From Azolla caroliniana (Eukaryota > Plantae > Polypodiophyta), in contig JBHGNT010000001.1 in assembly GCA_043228905.1 (NCBI GenBank), forward strand, positions 1,674,001-1,738,000: DNA of 64,000 nucleotides, given 5' to 3'. The number at the start of each line of letters is the position of its first letter. Within the stretch, counting starts at the first letter, position 1. The notes beneath the pieces are model-generated. The model ran no database searches. It saw only the letters and a list, made by a program, of their open reading frames with translations, and was not told where the DNA came from. Below are positions 44,769 to 62,850 of this stretch, in pieces. The translations under genes were made by a program, and so were the position numbers.

Positions 44769-45965
44769 CCTTCCTTCCTTTCTTCCTTCCCTCTCTCTCT
44801 CTCTCTTTCAGAGTATCCCTCTCTTGTCTCTCTGTTTTGGGTTTGTTGGAGCAAGAAGATTGACTTTCCACCTTCAAATTGCCTTCTCAAGAATGGATTC
44901 GATTTTGTAGTATGTATCCCCTCTTCTGTTTCCTTTATTTAATCATATCGCCATACATTGAACCTACAAACAAATAAATGAAAAAAATATACGGATGTAT
45001 GCATGTACATGCCCACCATAACATTTCATTAGTCAATGATAATACATTATTCTGCATTATGATCGTTTTGTTCGCGCTTACTCCCCTTCGCTTCGCCTGC
45101 CCTCGGCGTTTGTTCGGCGTATGGGGTTTGGTACTTGGACCCACTCTGACTTTCAAAGGTATGGGCCGCTTTGCTCACGCGACACACTCCCTAGCACAAA
45201 TTGGAACTATGGCGTTGTCTCTATGTTTGGGTCAATCTCAAACTGATACATGCATTAGTATGCTTTCTAGCTACATGATGGGGCCACACTATGTGGATAG
45301 TCACTACACGAGGCCACATTAGGCAAAGGGCGACAGTGGAGGCCCCGATTAACACAATCGTGGCACTGATCAACCATGGATCCAACTTTAAAAAAGAAAA
45401 AGCCTCAAATACCCCAACTGTTGAGTTGACATGTTGATGTGAAATCTTTACCTGAGTGACCCTTTAGACTATCTCTATCTAATAAACCCATCATTTATGT
45501 TGTGTGAACTTTGGTTCACAACTAGCAAAAGCATAAGCTCATGTCGCTTATTTCTTCTATATTTATAGAAAGCTTTCTTGTTTAGAGACATATTCATTTG
45601 TGAAAGATGTACGGGGAAAGTGACTTAACAATTAGAAAAAAGATAATAAAGGATCTTTCCTGTCATCTTTCTCTTGCATTTATTGAAGAAATTAATATGC
45701 TTTGACTCTTGAAAATTTGATGTCATTGAGGTCATGAAAGGATTTTGTGCAAAAATATCCATTTGAGGTTGTATAAGAAAATTAGAAGGCTTTCCTCTCA
45801 ACATAAGGCTCTTTTTTTTTGTAACACTTTTATTACTAGTGGGAAACCTCAAAGTGCGGTGAAAGCCCACAAAGAATAAAGAGAAGTATACAAGTGTTGA
45901 TTACACAGTAAAGAGCTTAGAAGTACTAAGTGAAAATAGCCATTGTTGGATAGGGCGCACAAAAT

Positions 45966-46162
45966 CTGTCCAAATAGCAAAAGTGCTTCCCAAACCTCCG
46001 GCCAAGAAATATGTGAGAAAGAGATGACACACTAATTGTACAAATGTCTTAGTGAATGAGCACACACACATCATACTTCTGTCCAAATAGCCAAAAGTGC
46101 TTCCCAAACCTTCAACAAGGGAATCTATGAGAAAGAGATGCAGTTAGTCTTTGTACAAATGT
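45966..46162. repeat. Diverged ~115-bp tandem duplication
   Basis: CTGTCCAAATAGC.AAAAGTGCTTCCCAAACC...GAGAAAGAGATG...TTGTACAAATGT twice. Confidence 0.75.
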
Positions 46163-47203
46163 TGTACAAAAGGCTTTTCTTAAAAGGGGGGGTGTTTATA
46201 TATGCATAGACACATAATACTTCTCTTTATTCGAAACTTCATCCTAAGCAAACTTTTATTTTCCAATATGATTTAGAACTTGAAACAATTCTCCAAGCAA
46301 TATACTTCTAACTCGGAAAAAACAAGGACCTACTTCAATTTATCATTCCCTTGCATTTCTTAAGAACAGTGATGTCAAATCTTATCAAGCATCTTGCTAT
46401 AATCGAGCAAATCCTTTGTGCTCAAGTTTTAAGCATCATAAACAATTGAAACCCTTATCAAAGCTTTACGCATCAAAGTTATTAACTTAGAAGATTTTCA
46501 TTTCCAAGTCAAAAGGTTTTTCATTTCTAAGCATCTGGAATTGGTAAACTCCTTTCTGTGATTTCGTTCCCCCCACTTTTGCAAGCTATGATTTGTTTCT
46601 ATCATTCCACTTCATTTCAAAGTGGAACACAAACAAACCCCCCATTGCGATTATGTTATTGTTAAATGTCAAACCACATGCCACTCGCCACAAATATCAT
46701 CATCCATGACCAGTATACCACATATGGCTACAAAATTGCAACTACGGACTTCACAATAGTGTTCCAATTGCATAGGTGCACATCAATACAATCTCACTTG
46801 GATTCCCAATTTCTTGTCCCAACATGCATGTAATTAGAAACACCCATTCAATTAAGTTCACTTGAACACGTGCATGTACATCAATACATAAATTGAATAT
46901 ACATTTGTTAAGGATTAGGAATAAACCAATGTACATCTATATCTGTGTGTTCAATTACATTGAATGGCTCCATTACATTTCCACGTTGAGAGATTATGTC
47001 TGAGGCTGAAATTCATTAATGTAATTTTGAGACCAGCATCAAACCAAACAAAATAAATCAATTGTTACCAGCTTTAGAAATGAGGTCAGTGATACATTTT
47101 CTTCTGCTTGTTTTCTTTCTTCCCTTGTTTTGATTCATCGTTTTTCCCATCCTTTTATCCTCAGTTTAGTTTCACATTCCATCAGGTGGATCACAATCAA
47201 TAC

Positions 47204-50130
47204 CTCTGGTTCAAACAGTCCATTAGAAGACCAGTGACAGCCATGGCCTTAGCAGCAGCACCAAGTGAACCCTCGTACCTACAATATTACATAATTTAAT
47301 ACAAGAATCCTTTTATTCATCAGAAAAACACTCATGACTGGTAAAAAAATTCAAAACATATTCAAACACGCAAAACACACATTTTAAAATGATTGCATAC
47401 ACATACAGTGTTATCAAGATGAAGGATGGAAGACACGCAATGATTGCCCCTTCGCCCTCATGTACTGTTGAGTTCATGCGCCTTGCATTAAAATAAGGCT
47501 CATTTACTGTGGTAACAAGATCTGTTTGTACATGCATATACAAAGAAAAATCAGATAAAGAGTGTTGGTCAACATATCAAAGATATACATTTGCAAGTTA
47601 CATATAACACGTTTCTAGGAAAATAAAATTGATCTTTCGTTTGAGAGCAAGTTTGCTATATCTTACATTTTCCATCACCTAACCAGAAATAGTCATTCTG
47701 TAAAGTTTTCCCCTTCACTCCATCCACAATAAAGCGGAAATCTGGTGGACACAGGGAGAAGCCTTCCTGAAAAACTCTGGAATGAATTCCACAAACATCA
47801 ACTGCATGCAAAGATTATCTCTTTCTTTTTTGTGGGGAAACACTACAAATTAAAGAAAAAAAATAAGTTCATAAGTTCTACCCTTTTAGCTTCTAGCATA
47901 CTCCACGGATACTTGCCCCACTTACATTCTTGACTCTTTCATCAAATTTAGCATCCTCATAGAAATATATGAGCCTCTATTAAATGCAGGAAAACATGAC
48001 AACACACTGCCTGAACTAAAAGACATACTCAATTTTGTGTTCTCTATAAAGACTTATGGACATGCAGAGCATATCCTTGGCATTGAGGATCACGCGGGAC
48101 AGACAAAAAGAGCTGTTGTTTCTATCTCATTGATATACATAATTGTAGCAACACTTTGGATCCTTCCACTTGCAGATCATTGATATACCTCCAGACATCA
48201 CATATGCAGGACTAATGAGTAGATTCATGTCTCAACTTGGACAAACCCTAAGGGCTGCAGTCAAGTTCATAATCAGGTATCTTCACAGCATTAAGGAAAA
48301 ATACCTAATGCCATAGCGAAGGGGATCTAAATCTCCATGGCTACTATAATCCTGACATGGCCAGCAATGTGGATACTCGGAAGTCAACTAATGGATATAT
48401 ATTCAGTCTTGTAGGAAGAGAGAGTTTATGGAGCTCCTAGGTTAAATGATGACACGTTTTCTATCACAAAAGCTGAGAAGATTTCGACTATAGAGGGTTC
48501 CAAGGAAACCATCTGTTAGCTCACCTATGTATCAATCTTAGACTTCCACAGTAAGCTCCAGTCTTACACTGTGATAATCAAAGTGCAATATATCAGTTTG
48601 CGACAAAAAAAGATTGTCCTCAATATCATCATGTCTCCCAATCATTCTCTCATCCTTGTTCTGCCATAACTCAAGTCCCACAATGAGATTGTGGATTGGC
48701 AGGCACTCCTGTCTATCCACCAGGTGCATTGCCAATCCTGTCAAGACTCCATCTCAGACAATTGGCACTCACCATGCAATATTGAGTTGCCTGATTACAA
48801 TGGTAAGATAATAATAAAATCATGCCATAAGAAAAAGAAAACAAACACCCCCTGTGACATACTTATATGACTCAACAAAGATTTTGATATAAGAAAGCCC
48901 TCTATACCCCATTCATTTAAGGCCTAGTTTCTAACCCCAGTTTTGCCAATTTTTTATGAATTCAACATGCCAATATTGTAATCAATTTGTAAATAAATAC
49001 TGCATTATCATACAATATCCTTCAAATGTAAAGCATGCGCAAAATAAAATGGATATTATAAAATGTGATATGTTAAACTCACACCATTGAGAATAATATT
49101 TAATATTAAACTTATCTATTTGCTTAAAAAAATAGATACCTTACATGAGAGGGAACATTCGTGAAGGGCGATCGGGTAAGTAGTGCAGTAGTGCAGCGCC
49201 TGATAGCTCATTACCTGGTAAAACAATTTAAGACATGCCAAGAAACGAAATTGAAAAAAAAATGTGAACAATTTGAAACAAGATGCCACTGTCATAGATA
49301 ACATGTGTACATAATAAAGGACAAGGTAATTGTCCCCTAGGTTTCCAGTGATTTGTCCATTTAAAACTCTACCATAAAATTTCCCAAACTCCCAAAATAC
49401 TTCCCATACTTTCCAAAATTCACAAAACCAACCCTCCGTTTTCCAGATTCTCGAAATTACTCTATTGCGCTGCCACGTTCATCTCCTTCTTCATACTCTC
49501 TCTATAGAAACTATCTGAGAGAAGAATTTTGAGAATTTTCAACATTGAGGAGTGTTGTGGGAGAAGTATTTCATGAAATATCTTGGGGTACATTTGGTAA
49601 ATTTCCTTAATAAAAATAAAAATAATTGAGAGAAAGCTGGTATTTTGGGAGAAAACTAAGAATCAACATAGAAGTAAAAACACTAAGAGAGGAAGGGGTA
49701 TTACTGCTATCCTCGCAGGCAGTTTCAGAAACACGAGAGGACTATTTTAGGGATTTCTGAGAAAATTTTGGGGGCTATTTTCTCCTAAATTAGACCTCTC
49801 TCTATCCCCCATAGAGTACCGCAAAATGTATGTAGGCCGAAAGGAAAATTGATTTGGTAGAACCATAACGAGTTGCCTTTGGTCTTACAGCAGATCAGAG
49901 GTTTAACCTTGCCATAAGATCCTCGTTATTTCAGTAAGAGGAATAAGCAAGGTCCGTAATATATACATATACACAACGTTTTACGGACAAAAGAAGAGAT
50001 TGAAAGAGAGGTTCGTTTTACCGATGGAGGAAGAGGACCAGTCGTCCCAAGTCCTCTGAAGCCAGGAGGGGGGCTTCTCTGGGCGGCTGCTACTCTCGTC
50101 AGACCAACTCTTCGTCTTCACGATAGTCAT
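47204..50130 (-). CDS. Putative spliced small-protein gene; candidate exons 50130-50022, ~49214/49199-49140 and 47278-47204; product ~54-60 aa, unknown function
   Basis: GC-rich exon-like islands bounded by AG/GT, downstream of a (GA)n 5'-UTR-like tract; exon 1 reads MTIVKTKSWSDESSSRPEKPPSWLQRTWDDWSSSSI; family not recognised. Confidence 0.4.
48060..48640 (+). mobile_element. Highly degenerate Copia RT/RNase H remnant in an intron
   Basis: Residual peptides HILG, RDRQKELLFLS, PDITYA, SRFMSQ, DTRKSTNGYIF, SITKAE and CDNQSAI across frames. Confidence 0.75.
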
Positions 50131-50142
50131 CTCTGCTGCTGA

Positions 50143-50145
<3 letters not shown>

Positions 50146-50203
<58 letters not shown>
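50146..50203. repeat. (CT/GA)n microsatellite, ~28 units
   Basis: Read directly. Confidence 0.95.
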
Positions 50204-50206
<3 letters not shown>

Positions 50207-50390
50207 CCGTCTCTGCAGCTCAGTAAATGGCCGATGTCTCACACCTCTATTATTATGATTATTATTATTAGTTAATTAACAGAACGCCTTCATCTGTTTT
50301 CTTCCCGAACTACACATATGTATGTACCCAAAACACATACATACATTTTAATTTTTTACATATATGTACATATAAATTTATAATACATAC

Positions 50391-50435
<45 letters not shown>

Positions 50436-51526
50436 CGATGCAATTGATGGCCCTTGCATACCAAATAGCCCACATAGAAACTAGACAGCTGAACCATTTG
50501 GATCACAGGGTGTCCACTCGATTCTACTTCAATTCACTAATGGCACAAATGCATTAACCTTGTATGTCTACGATGTGGATTGCGCAAGGTCCAACATTTA
50601 GATTTCTACTTTCTTCCAAACCAACAAGTTTAGGCAAATGTATGATTCAAGTTGAGGTTGTCCCTGTCAATTGTTTGTCAAAGGATTGTGCATATCAAGG
50701 GGTGTAAAGAGGATGCATCATTTATTTACTTGCCAACATTCCAAATGCGTTCTCAACAAGAATTGGTGAAGACGGTCTATATTTAGGGATTCAAACATGC
50801 CCATACAATAGTTGCGACCCCAATGCAAGTTGTTTACGATTGTGCAATGATCATGCATGAAGACCCATCTGATCCAAACTAGGTTTTCAAAGGCGTAGAA
50901 GTGTAAAAAGAGCTTCACAAGGATTGTGTTCAAATCAATGCACACTATTAATTAATAATGTTCACGTAATGGATCAAATAACAAACCATTAGGAAGCAAA
51001 ACATAGCAATGAAGAAGATGATGATAACAATAACATGCAAAGAGGTGAATCTATTCACCAATTTTTAGAGCAAAGAGCCCATATCACGGTGATATTGTAA
51101 ACTCAACTCTCATTTGTGTACGAAGGACATGCAAGAATGGGATTGTTATCGCCATTTCATAACAATGATCAAACTACGCATCATCAAGCCATATGGAACC
51201 TTTTGTGTTGTAAAAGTCGTAATTGTGGAAACAAAGGTTTTTGGAGTATTTGAAACAATTATGGTCATGCTACCTTCCCCATCGCCAATTGCAACATGAT
51301 GTCCTTAATTGTCACAAGCTAATGGACATCAGCCATGAAAATAAAATCACCACAATGCTTAATATTCCTACCCCAACGCTAATCACTCAAAACTGGTCGT
51401 ATCTACATTTTCTTCGCATCATTCGTGTTCTGTACCATGCCAACCCACCGGCTCCGGAACTAGGGATTAGCCAATCTTCTTGTAAAATAAGACTTAAGAA
51501 GATTTCAAAGGCAGTAAAAAAAACTT

Positions 51527-51556
51527 AGAAGGTCCTGGAAGGTTCCAGAAGGTTCT
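51527..51556 (+). promoter_or_regulatory. Heat-shock element (six alternating nGAAn/nTTCn pentamers)
   Basis: aGAAg gTCCt gGAAg gTTCc aGAAg gTTCt, ending ~77 bp upstream of the HSP70 ATG. Confidence 0.9.
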
Positions 51557-51632
51557 AAAAACAAACACAAACTAAGATCATAATTCTGCATTCTTCTCTT
51601 TCTCTCTGTTTGCCTCTGCCTCTGTTTCCTGC

Positions 51633-56576
<4,944 letters not shown>

Positions 56577-58149
56577 AAAGTTGATGGCATTGATATGTGT
56601 TGCTTGCCACCTGCCACCTTGACTGAAAAACTGGATAACTACTTAAATTGGAGGGATGGATAGGCAAAATACATTAGTAATGACTTGTATGTACATATTG
56701 TAGTTAGATTACTTCTTTTTTGTATATGTGGGGGGGTGGCTCTTTTACTCTTTCCATCATGCACTATTACACTTGGCTAATGAAAATATCAATTTGAAAC
56801 CCAACTTAATGAGGAAAATATCAGCTTTGGTCTATGTTATGTTTCTTGAGTTGTTTCAAGAATGAGGATTCAGAGATTCTCCAGCCATATGAAAGATCGC
56901 AACTGGACTTTGTTGTTGTGGCTCAAGTCATGTTGCTTGAGGAGTTGGTTTCGAGAAAGGATTGCCAATCCTCTTTAGTTATTATATGCACATAATGTTA
57001 ATATAATACATTGTTTTAGCTTCATTATTGTAGATCCAAGTGGCCATAATTCGAATTTTGACCTATGTTGAACCTTAAATAATTGACCTACATGTTAATA
57101 GTTGTAGAACATTGTCTACTAAAAACTTTGGCTAGGATAGCATGGAATTGTTTACATTCTAAGAAAAGAGTATGCCTCTCATCATTCTAAGATTACAAAA
57201 GCTATTAAGAAGAAATGGAGTTGCTTTGAAGAAGTTCTAAGAAAAAATCATATTTGCATCCAAGGCTCACTATAAATTAGAATATATTTTACTAGAAGGG
57301 AAAAAGGAAATTGAATTGAATTGAGCCAATGGTTGTTAGGATTCAAGCCCATGTGGTAATTTACCATCTATAGCTTAAATTATATCATTAAAATGATCAT
57401 TTGTACATAAAACAACGGAGCATCCTTGCCATTAAGTGTCAAATTATTGATGGTGTTCTAGTACAAGTAATTCAAAAATTATTGATAATGTGTTAAGTAC
57501 AATTAATTCCAGCGTAGTTACGACTACAATAAATAAATACAGTAAACAGACCAACAGAATCTAACCTGCTCACAAGCTACTCGTTTCTACCGACAACCAC
57601 CAATAAGTTGGTTATCATTAACTTAGTTTCAGGATGTGACTGCAAAGAACACCTCAATTGACAAATACTACTAGTTCCTTTCAGGCCATGTGCACAATTT
57701 ATTTACACACCAGTACATTGTGTTTCAACAAATTCATTCAGATTCATACTAGTCATGTATGCATAATTGAGTTCTACTTCCATGGTATGGTCTTTTTCAT
57801 TAGTTGTTTAGAGAAATTCGTGCTTCTTTCAATAAAAGGATGCCTTCCCAATGTTCTCCCTATATTTCACAAGGTTATCTAGTGGATTATAAAGGTTGTC
57901 AAAATTTGAACCCTAGTTAGTCTACAGGTTAATATATATAGATTACCGCTATCAGTACCAATAAGAGACAGAGACAGAGTTGCTACATTTTCTGCAAATG
58001 AGAGTAAATTAATAAGTACCTCAGAATTTGCATCTACCTGATTACAATCCAAAAAATACAACGCTCTGTTGGCACTTCCAAAAATAATCATCGAAGCAAT
58101 TTAGAGGCTACAATGATGAAAGCTAATTCCATCGAAATTTTCATACATT

Positions 58150-61100
58150 TCAACCAACCCAGAGACTGGAAAAAGCTTCTTCAAAAGCTCTTCGACGACC
58201 CAGTTCAGGAGTCCAACCACCTGCTTTTGCACCCTTTTCTTGCCTTTGTTTCCTTGTGTCTTCATCTTCATACAAGTCACGATCATGGCTAGATGCAACC
58301 ACCGTTGGCTTCGGTTGCACAAATACACTGCCAGGTGCTACTGCTGGTGCATAAATTCCACTCGTCTGTTGTACAGAAGCAGCTTGCACCTAAATTATTA
58401 ATAATTCATTCAAATCAAAACATATATAGCTCCTCTTTACTATAGTTTATTATGATCCTAAACTTGCATATATGTGACTACTAGTCTACTTCCACAAAAA
58501 TCAAAATTGAATAATATATTATTGTGATTCCAAATTCTCAATGCCTCTCTAATGTTCTGGAACTGAGATTTCCTTAATCTCAACATCAAGAAACGCTTAA
58601 AAGGACAACTACACAAAGTCTCTAGAAGGCAGAGAAGAGAAACACCCTTGTCAACTAGAAGGTTCATGCGAAAACATCATTACAAGTGGACATAATAACA
58701 TCAATGCTAAAACATGATTAAGTTCGTCCCCTTATAATTGTATCACAAACTTATCATCGTGAGCTTTAAATTTTTTCTTTGGATTTACACATCCCGGAAC
58801 ATATTCAAATTATGGGAATTCAAGAAGTTATGATTGAAGAGCTCCAAGCATGAGGGGAGACTTTTTATTCAATTAGGAAAGCCTTGAAGATCTTAAGATA
58901 AAGTGATTGTAATGTGCAAAAGCAAGAAAAATATTCAACACCACCAAGGAGATACAATTCAAAGAGAGATTAGATGCAGATGAGAGCCTTACAAGATGAA
59001 AATGTAACGCAGAACATCCAAACCCAAGAAGGCCAAATGAATACATCTAACCCACAAAGTATAAGTTCAAAATTCCAAATATCAGTTTACCTGTTCTGCC
59101 ATCGTGTTGGTAGTTGCAGAAGGTTGTAGGGGTTGCTTTCTAAGAGCAGCTGATCGTTCTTCTGCCTGCAATTAAAACTCTATTCTCTCTCCCCTCTTTT
59201 CTTATTATTGAGAGAGATCAAAGCCAGAATTCCTATAGGGAGAGGGAAAGACGCATACACATTATCGTACAAATGCTTAGGAATAACATGCATAGGGCCT
59301 CAGTTCTTCCTATACGAGACCTTCTCTACCCCATGGTATAATTCAGGCTGAGATGTGAACAGCCACAACAGTGACCGAGGCACAATTCCAATTAATGATC
59401 AGTATCCAACAGATTTGGGAGCATACCAGGTAGAACACGGTATGCTCAATGAAATAATGTTTCCAATCACAAGGCATAAAGATAAATGTACTACCCCCAT
59501 TCCAATATAGCTTTGATTGTCCACACTTGGACATGCCAAAGTGGAAGAGTATAGAGTGAGCTGATATCATTAAATTGATAAAGACTGTGTGATAAGCCAC
59601 TTGGGATCTCTCCATATCAGTTAAGGGATTGAAATATCTTGGATTGGATCATGTGATTTTTTTGATTTTTTTCTTCTCAAAGATGAGACATTTACAGATA
59701 TAATCTCTCGTTCAGTCTTGTATGCCATTTGGCCTCTTAGCAGACATTTATATATGCTTTGCCTCATGGGCCAGTTTTGGCTTTTGATAGCTGGCCTCTC
59801 AGGACCCATCTCTCCATGAGAGGAACTGCACAGACTCCCTAGGGGGTATGCAGGCATTAAAAGGACTATAGAGGATGTGTTCCAAGACTCAGCCCCAACA
59901 GCGAAGTATGAAGTTGTCACTATGAGCTCATATACTTGGTTCCAGGAGCTCCATACTAGTATACTATTATGCATAGCAACCAGAAGGGTCAATAAAATAT
60001 GTATGAGCTATATTACTATGCAAAGCAACCACAAGGATTAACAAAAACCCACTTGCAAGTTTTATACTAAAGAGAAGGGCCTAACAAGTAATATTATACA
60101 TGTTTGCATTGGAAACTATCATATAAAGGTATTAAAACGAGTTGCAAATGTCAGAAGAGAGGATTAGGTTTAAAAAAACTTGGCTGACGAATAAATCACC
60201 AAATTTTGCACCATATTAATCCAAGTACAAGAAGCTTATAACGATAATTTAGAATACAAATTCCTGTCTCCTCTTAACCTCTTACGCCACATTCATGCAT
60301 ACATTATCAATTCAGCATTCAAACACAAATGCATAAAACAATAACCTTCCGAGCATTGTTTGCAATTATCTGATCTGCATGCTCTTCTTGATACAACTTG
60401 ATCTTTGCTTCAATTGCCTGAACATCCACTCCTTCAATCAATTTGAAGACTGCATTAAACATCAAGTACTGAGAAATTGGAGTCCATAGGTTCAAACATT
60501 GCACAGGGAATAATGAAACATGAAAAATTCATGGAAAATTTAGGTGGAAACTTGTTCAAAATAGCTAACCCCAGTGTTTGAATTCTACGTGACCCCTATA
60601 GAATCCTACTTCATTGGAATCAATATAAAATGCTGCAGAAATTGTTGGTCCCTCACAATAAAGTAATTTTGCTCAAGCAACTTGATATTATTCACAGATT
60701 AAAACTCATAAGTTTCCTGGGATTTTTAAGAGTGATTCCTCAAAACCTAACCCATAAATTCTGAAAGAGTGTCCACTTCTCTTGCATTGGCACATGGCTA
60801 TCAGCTTCAGAAACCTTTGGTAAGGCATGACATATTCAAAATTTTACAGACCTAATTAATACCGACATCATTCACAGATATTTTACATATTTAACATGCA
60901 CAGCTTCACTGTAGAGAGGATGAGTGTAACATTAGAATGAGCATAATGTTTTCCCATCTTAGCAGAATTTTCACAGCTGTTTTAACATATTAATCATGCA
61001 TAGCTTCACTGTAGAGAGGATGAGCACAATATTTTCCCATCTTCACAAAAGATTGCTTACTCATATCCTCAACCTCTTCCAGGTAGTCATTGTAATCTCG

Positions 61101-61297
61101 AAGACTGGGAAAATCTTCCTCTCGCTTGTTGTATCTACAAGACTTGCACAAATATATAAGGACAATGAAATAAACCAAAATATGTCAAGAATTGACCAGA
61201 TTCCATTTGTTTCATTCTATAACTATAAATATGGACAGAATGAAAATCTAGCTCACATGTTCAACATTCTTCTCCGGATTGCAAGGTCCTTATTCAT
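58150..61297 (-). CDS. MAT1: CDK-activating kinase assembly factor MAT1; exons 61297-61257, 61134-61061, 60449-60346, 59165-59091, 58389-58150; further 5' exons possible (e.g. 63400-63361)
   Basis: [75 protein letters not shown]...[23 protein letters not shown] matches plant MAT1; phases compatible. Confidence 0.92.
60896..61043. repeat. Short intronic tandem duplication
   Basis: CATGCA.AGCTTCACTGTAGAGAGGATGAG...TTTTCCCATCTT twice. Confidence 0.75.
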
Positions 61298-61559
61298 TCT
61301 ATCAAGCAACCTGAGAAATATGCCATTAAATCATAGAAATACATTAGGTCATTTTTTTCAGGCCTAAAATTGAATTTAATCATCATTTACTTTTTTATTT
61401 CTCCAAGGAACCAGAATATTAGACCTACTTCAAGATAAGAACATATAGTAGCTTATATGACAAGAAAACATATGTCAAAAGTTAATATAAAAATGAATCA
61501 CAGCCACAGCATCCACATTGATTGGAATTCAATGTTTGGTTCTTTATACTAATTCCTTT

Positions 61560-62850
61560 GATTCTGTTCCGGCCAGCTAGATGATCCAAACCTTGACAAA
61601 CCATTGTCAGTATTTTCTATCTCTCAAGAGCAGATTTGGATTATTCCAATCCATTTGATTATACTATCAATGCAAAAGTATGTCTTTCAGCATTGTCAAC
61701 CCAAATGTATGCCCTGGTTTCTTAAATATAAGCTCCAAAATTTCACTGCAGCATAAATGACATTTCCATGGAAAGTTTCCTTCAATAATTCAGTACATTG
61801 ATTCGAATTCTTTAAATCCTTTTCAGCTCTTTGGAATATTAAAGCCTCCCAATAACACAGGCACCTTGAAATATTTGCAAGTTATCTGCAACAAACTGAA
61901 TTAATCCAACATTAGCTATCCAGCAGACTCCACAGTCCAGCTTCAATTATTTGAGAACACTTCAACTGTAACACACTCCTTATACAGTATCACCATAAGT
62001 GCTTGTATCATTTCATCAGAGAAATATCAGAGCTGATTTCTTATTGAAGAAGAAGTAGAATGGCCATGATCATTTCACCAAGGATCTCCTGAGAATATGC
62101 CATTACGACAGTTCCCTGACAATTTTTAAGTCTTCTTCTCTTTTCCAAACTCCATCGGTTACAATGATTCTCTAAGAGCTAAATGCATAAGATCTTACAT
62201 ATACTGCCAAGTCACATCTCTTCTCCATGAGAAATGAATTTAGCTCTTTGAAAAACAATGGTGCTCTTCTAATCTCTGTGGTGATTCCCATCAAGCTCTT
62301 TTGGGAGTACTCTGACACAATTTCAAGGTCTTAATTCTAGTTCTTGACAAGACAAACACCATTGGCATCATAAATTCCTTATTTTTGCTCCATCTGTAAT
62401 TTGTTCTACAGCCAACTAACCCTCCAGTTCCAGACATTTCTTGATACTGAATTGCGCTGAAATAGAGTATCTGTCCTGCCTCAAAAACCTCATAATGTGC
62501 TGAATCAATGCCAGCAGTGAATCCTTTTGCACTAGTATGCACAGACTCGGCATTTCATCAACCCCAAGCCTTTTATTCATCCCTTTTAATGGTGAAATCA
62601 TCTCTTGAGGATGACTTGAGACAGAGAATTAGATGTTAATATAGACGAAAACAAAGATAGATCTTGGTATACTGTCAAAGTGTATTTTCAGAACAACTTT
62701 CCTAATAAATACCCCTTATCAGCTAATATAAGCTACTTTAAAAAGCTTAATGGCATTTCTCCACACTGAGGACCTCTTCCAAGTTCTAATGACACCATCT
62801 TTTACAATATTTATATACCCTCTTCCACCACCTCATTGCAGCATGTGGAT
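61560..62850 (-). mobile_element. Possible very degenerate LINE/RT remnant
   Basis: Coding-like composition with weak RT-like peptides (e.g. GVFIRKVVLKIHFD); many stops. Confidence 0.3.

Noticed and set aside
50440-51300. Possible transposase remnant in the HSP70 upstream region
   Set aside because: Only short ORFs, with no identifiable catalytic motif or terminal repeats
59200-59990. Intronic ORFs (90 and 123 aa) in MAT1
   Set aside because: Not needed for the MAT1 frame; likely an old retroelement relic without diagnosable motifs
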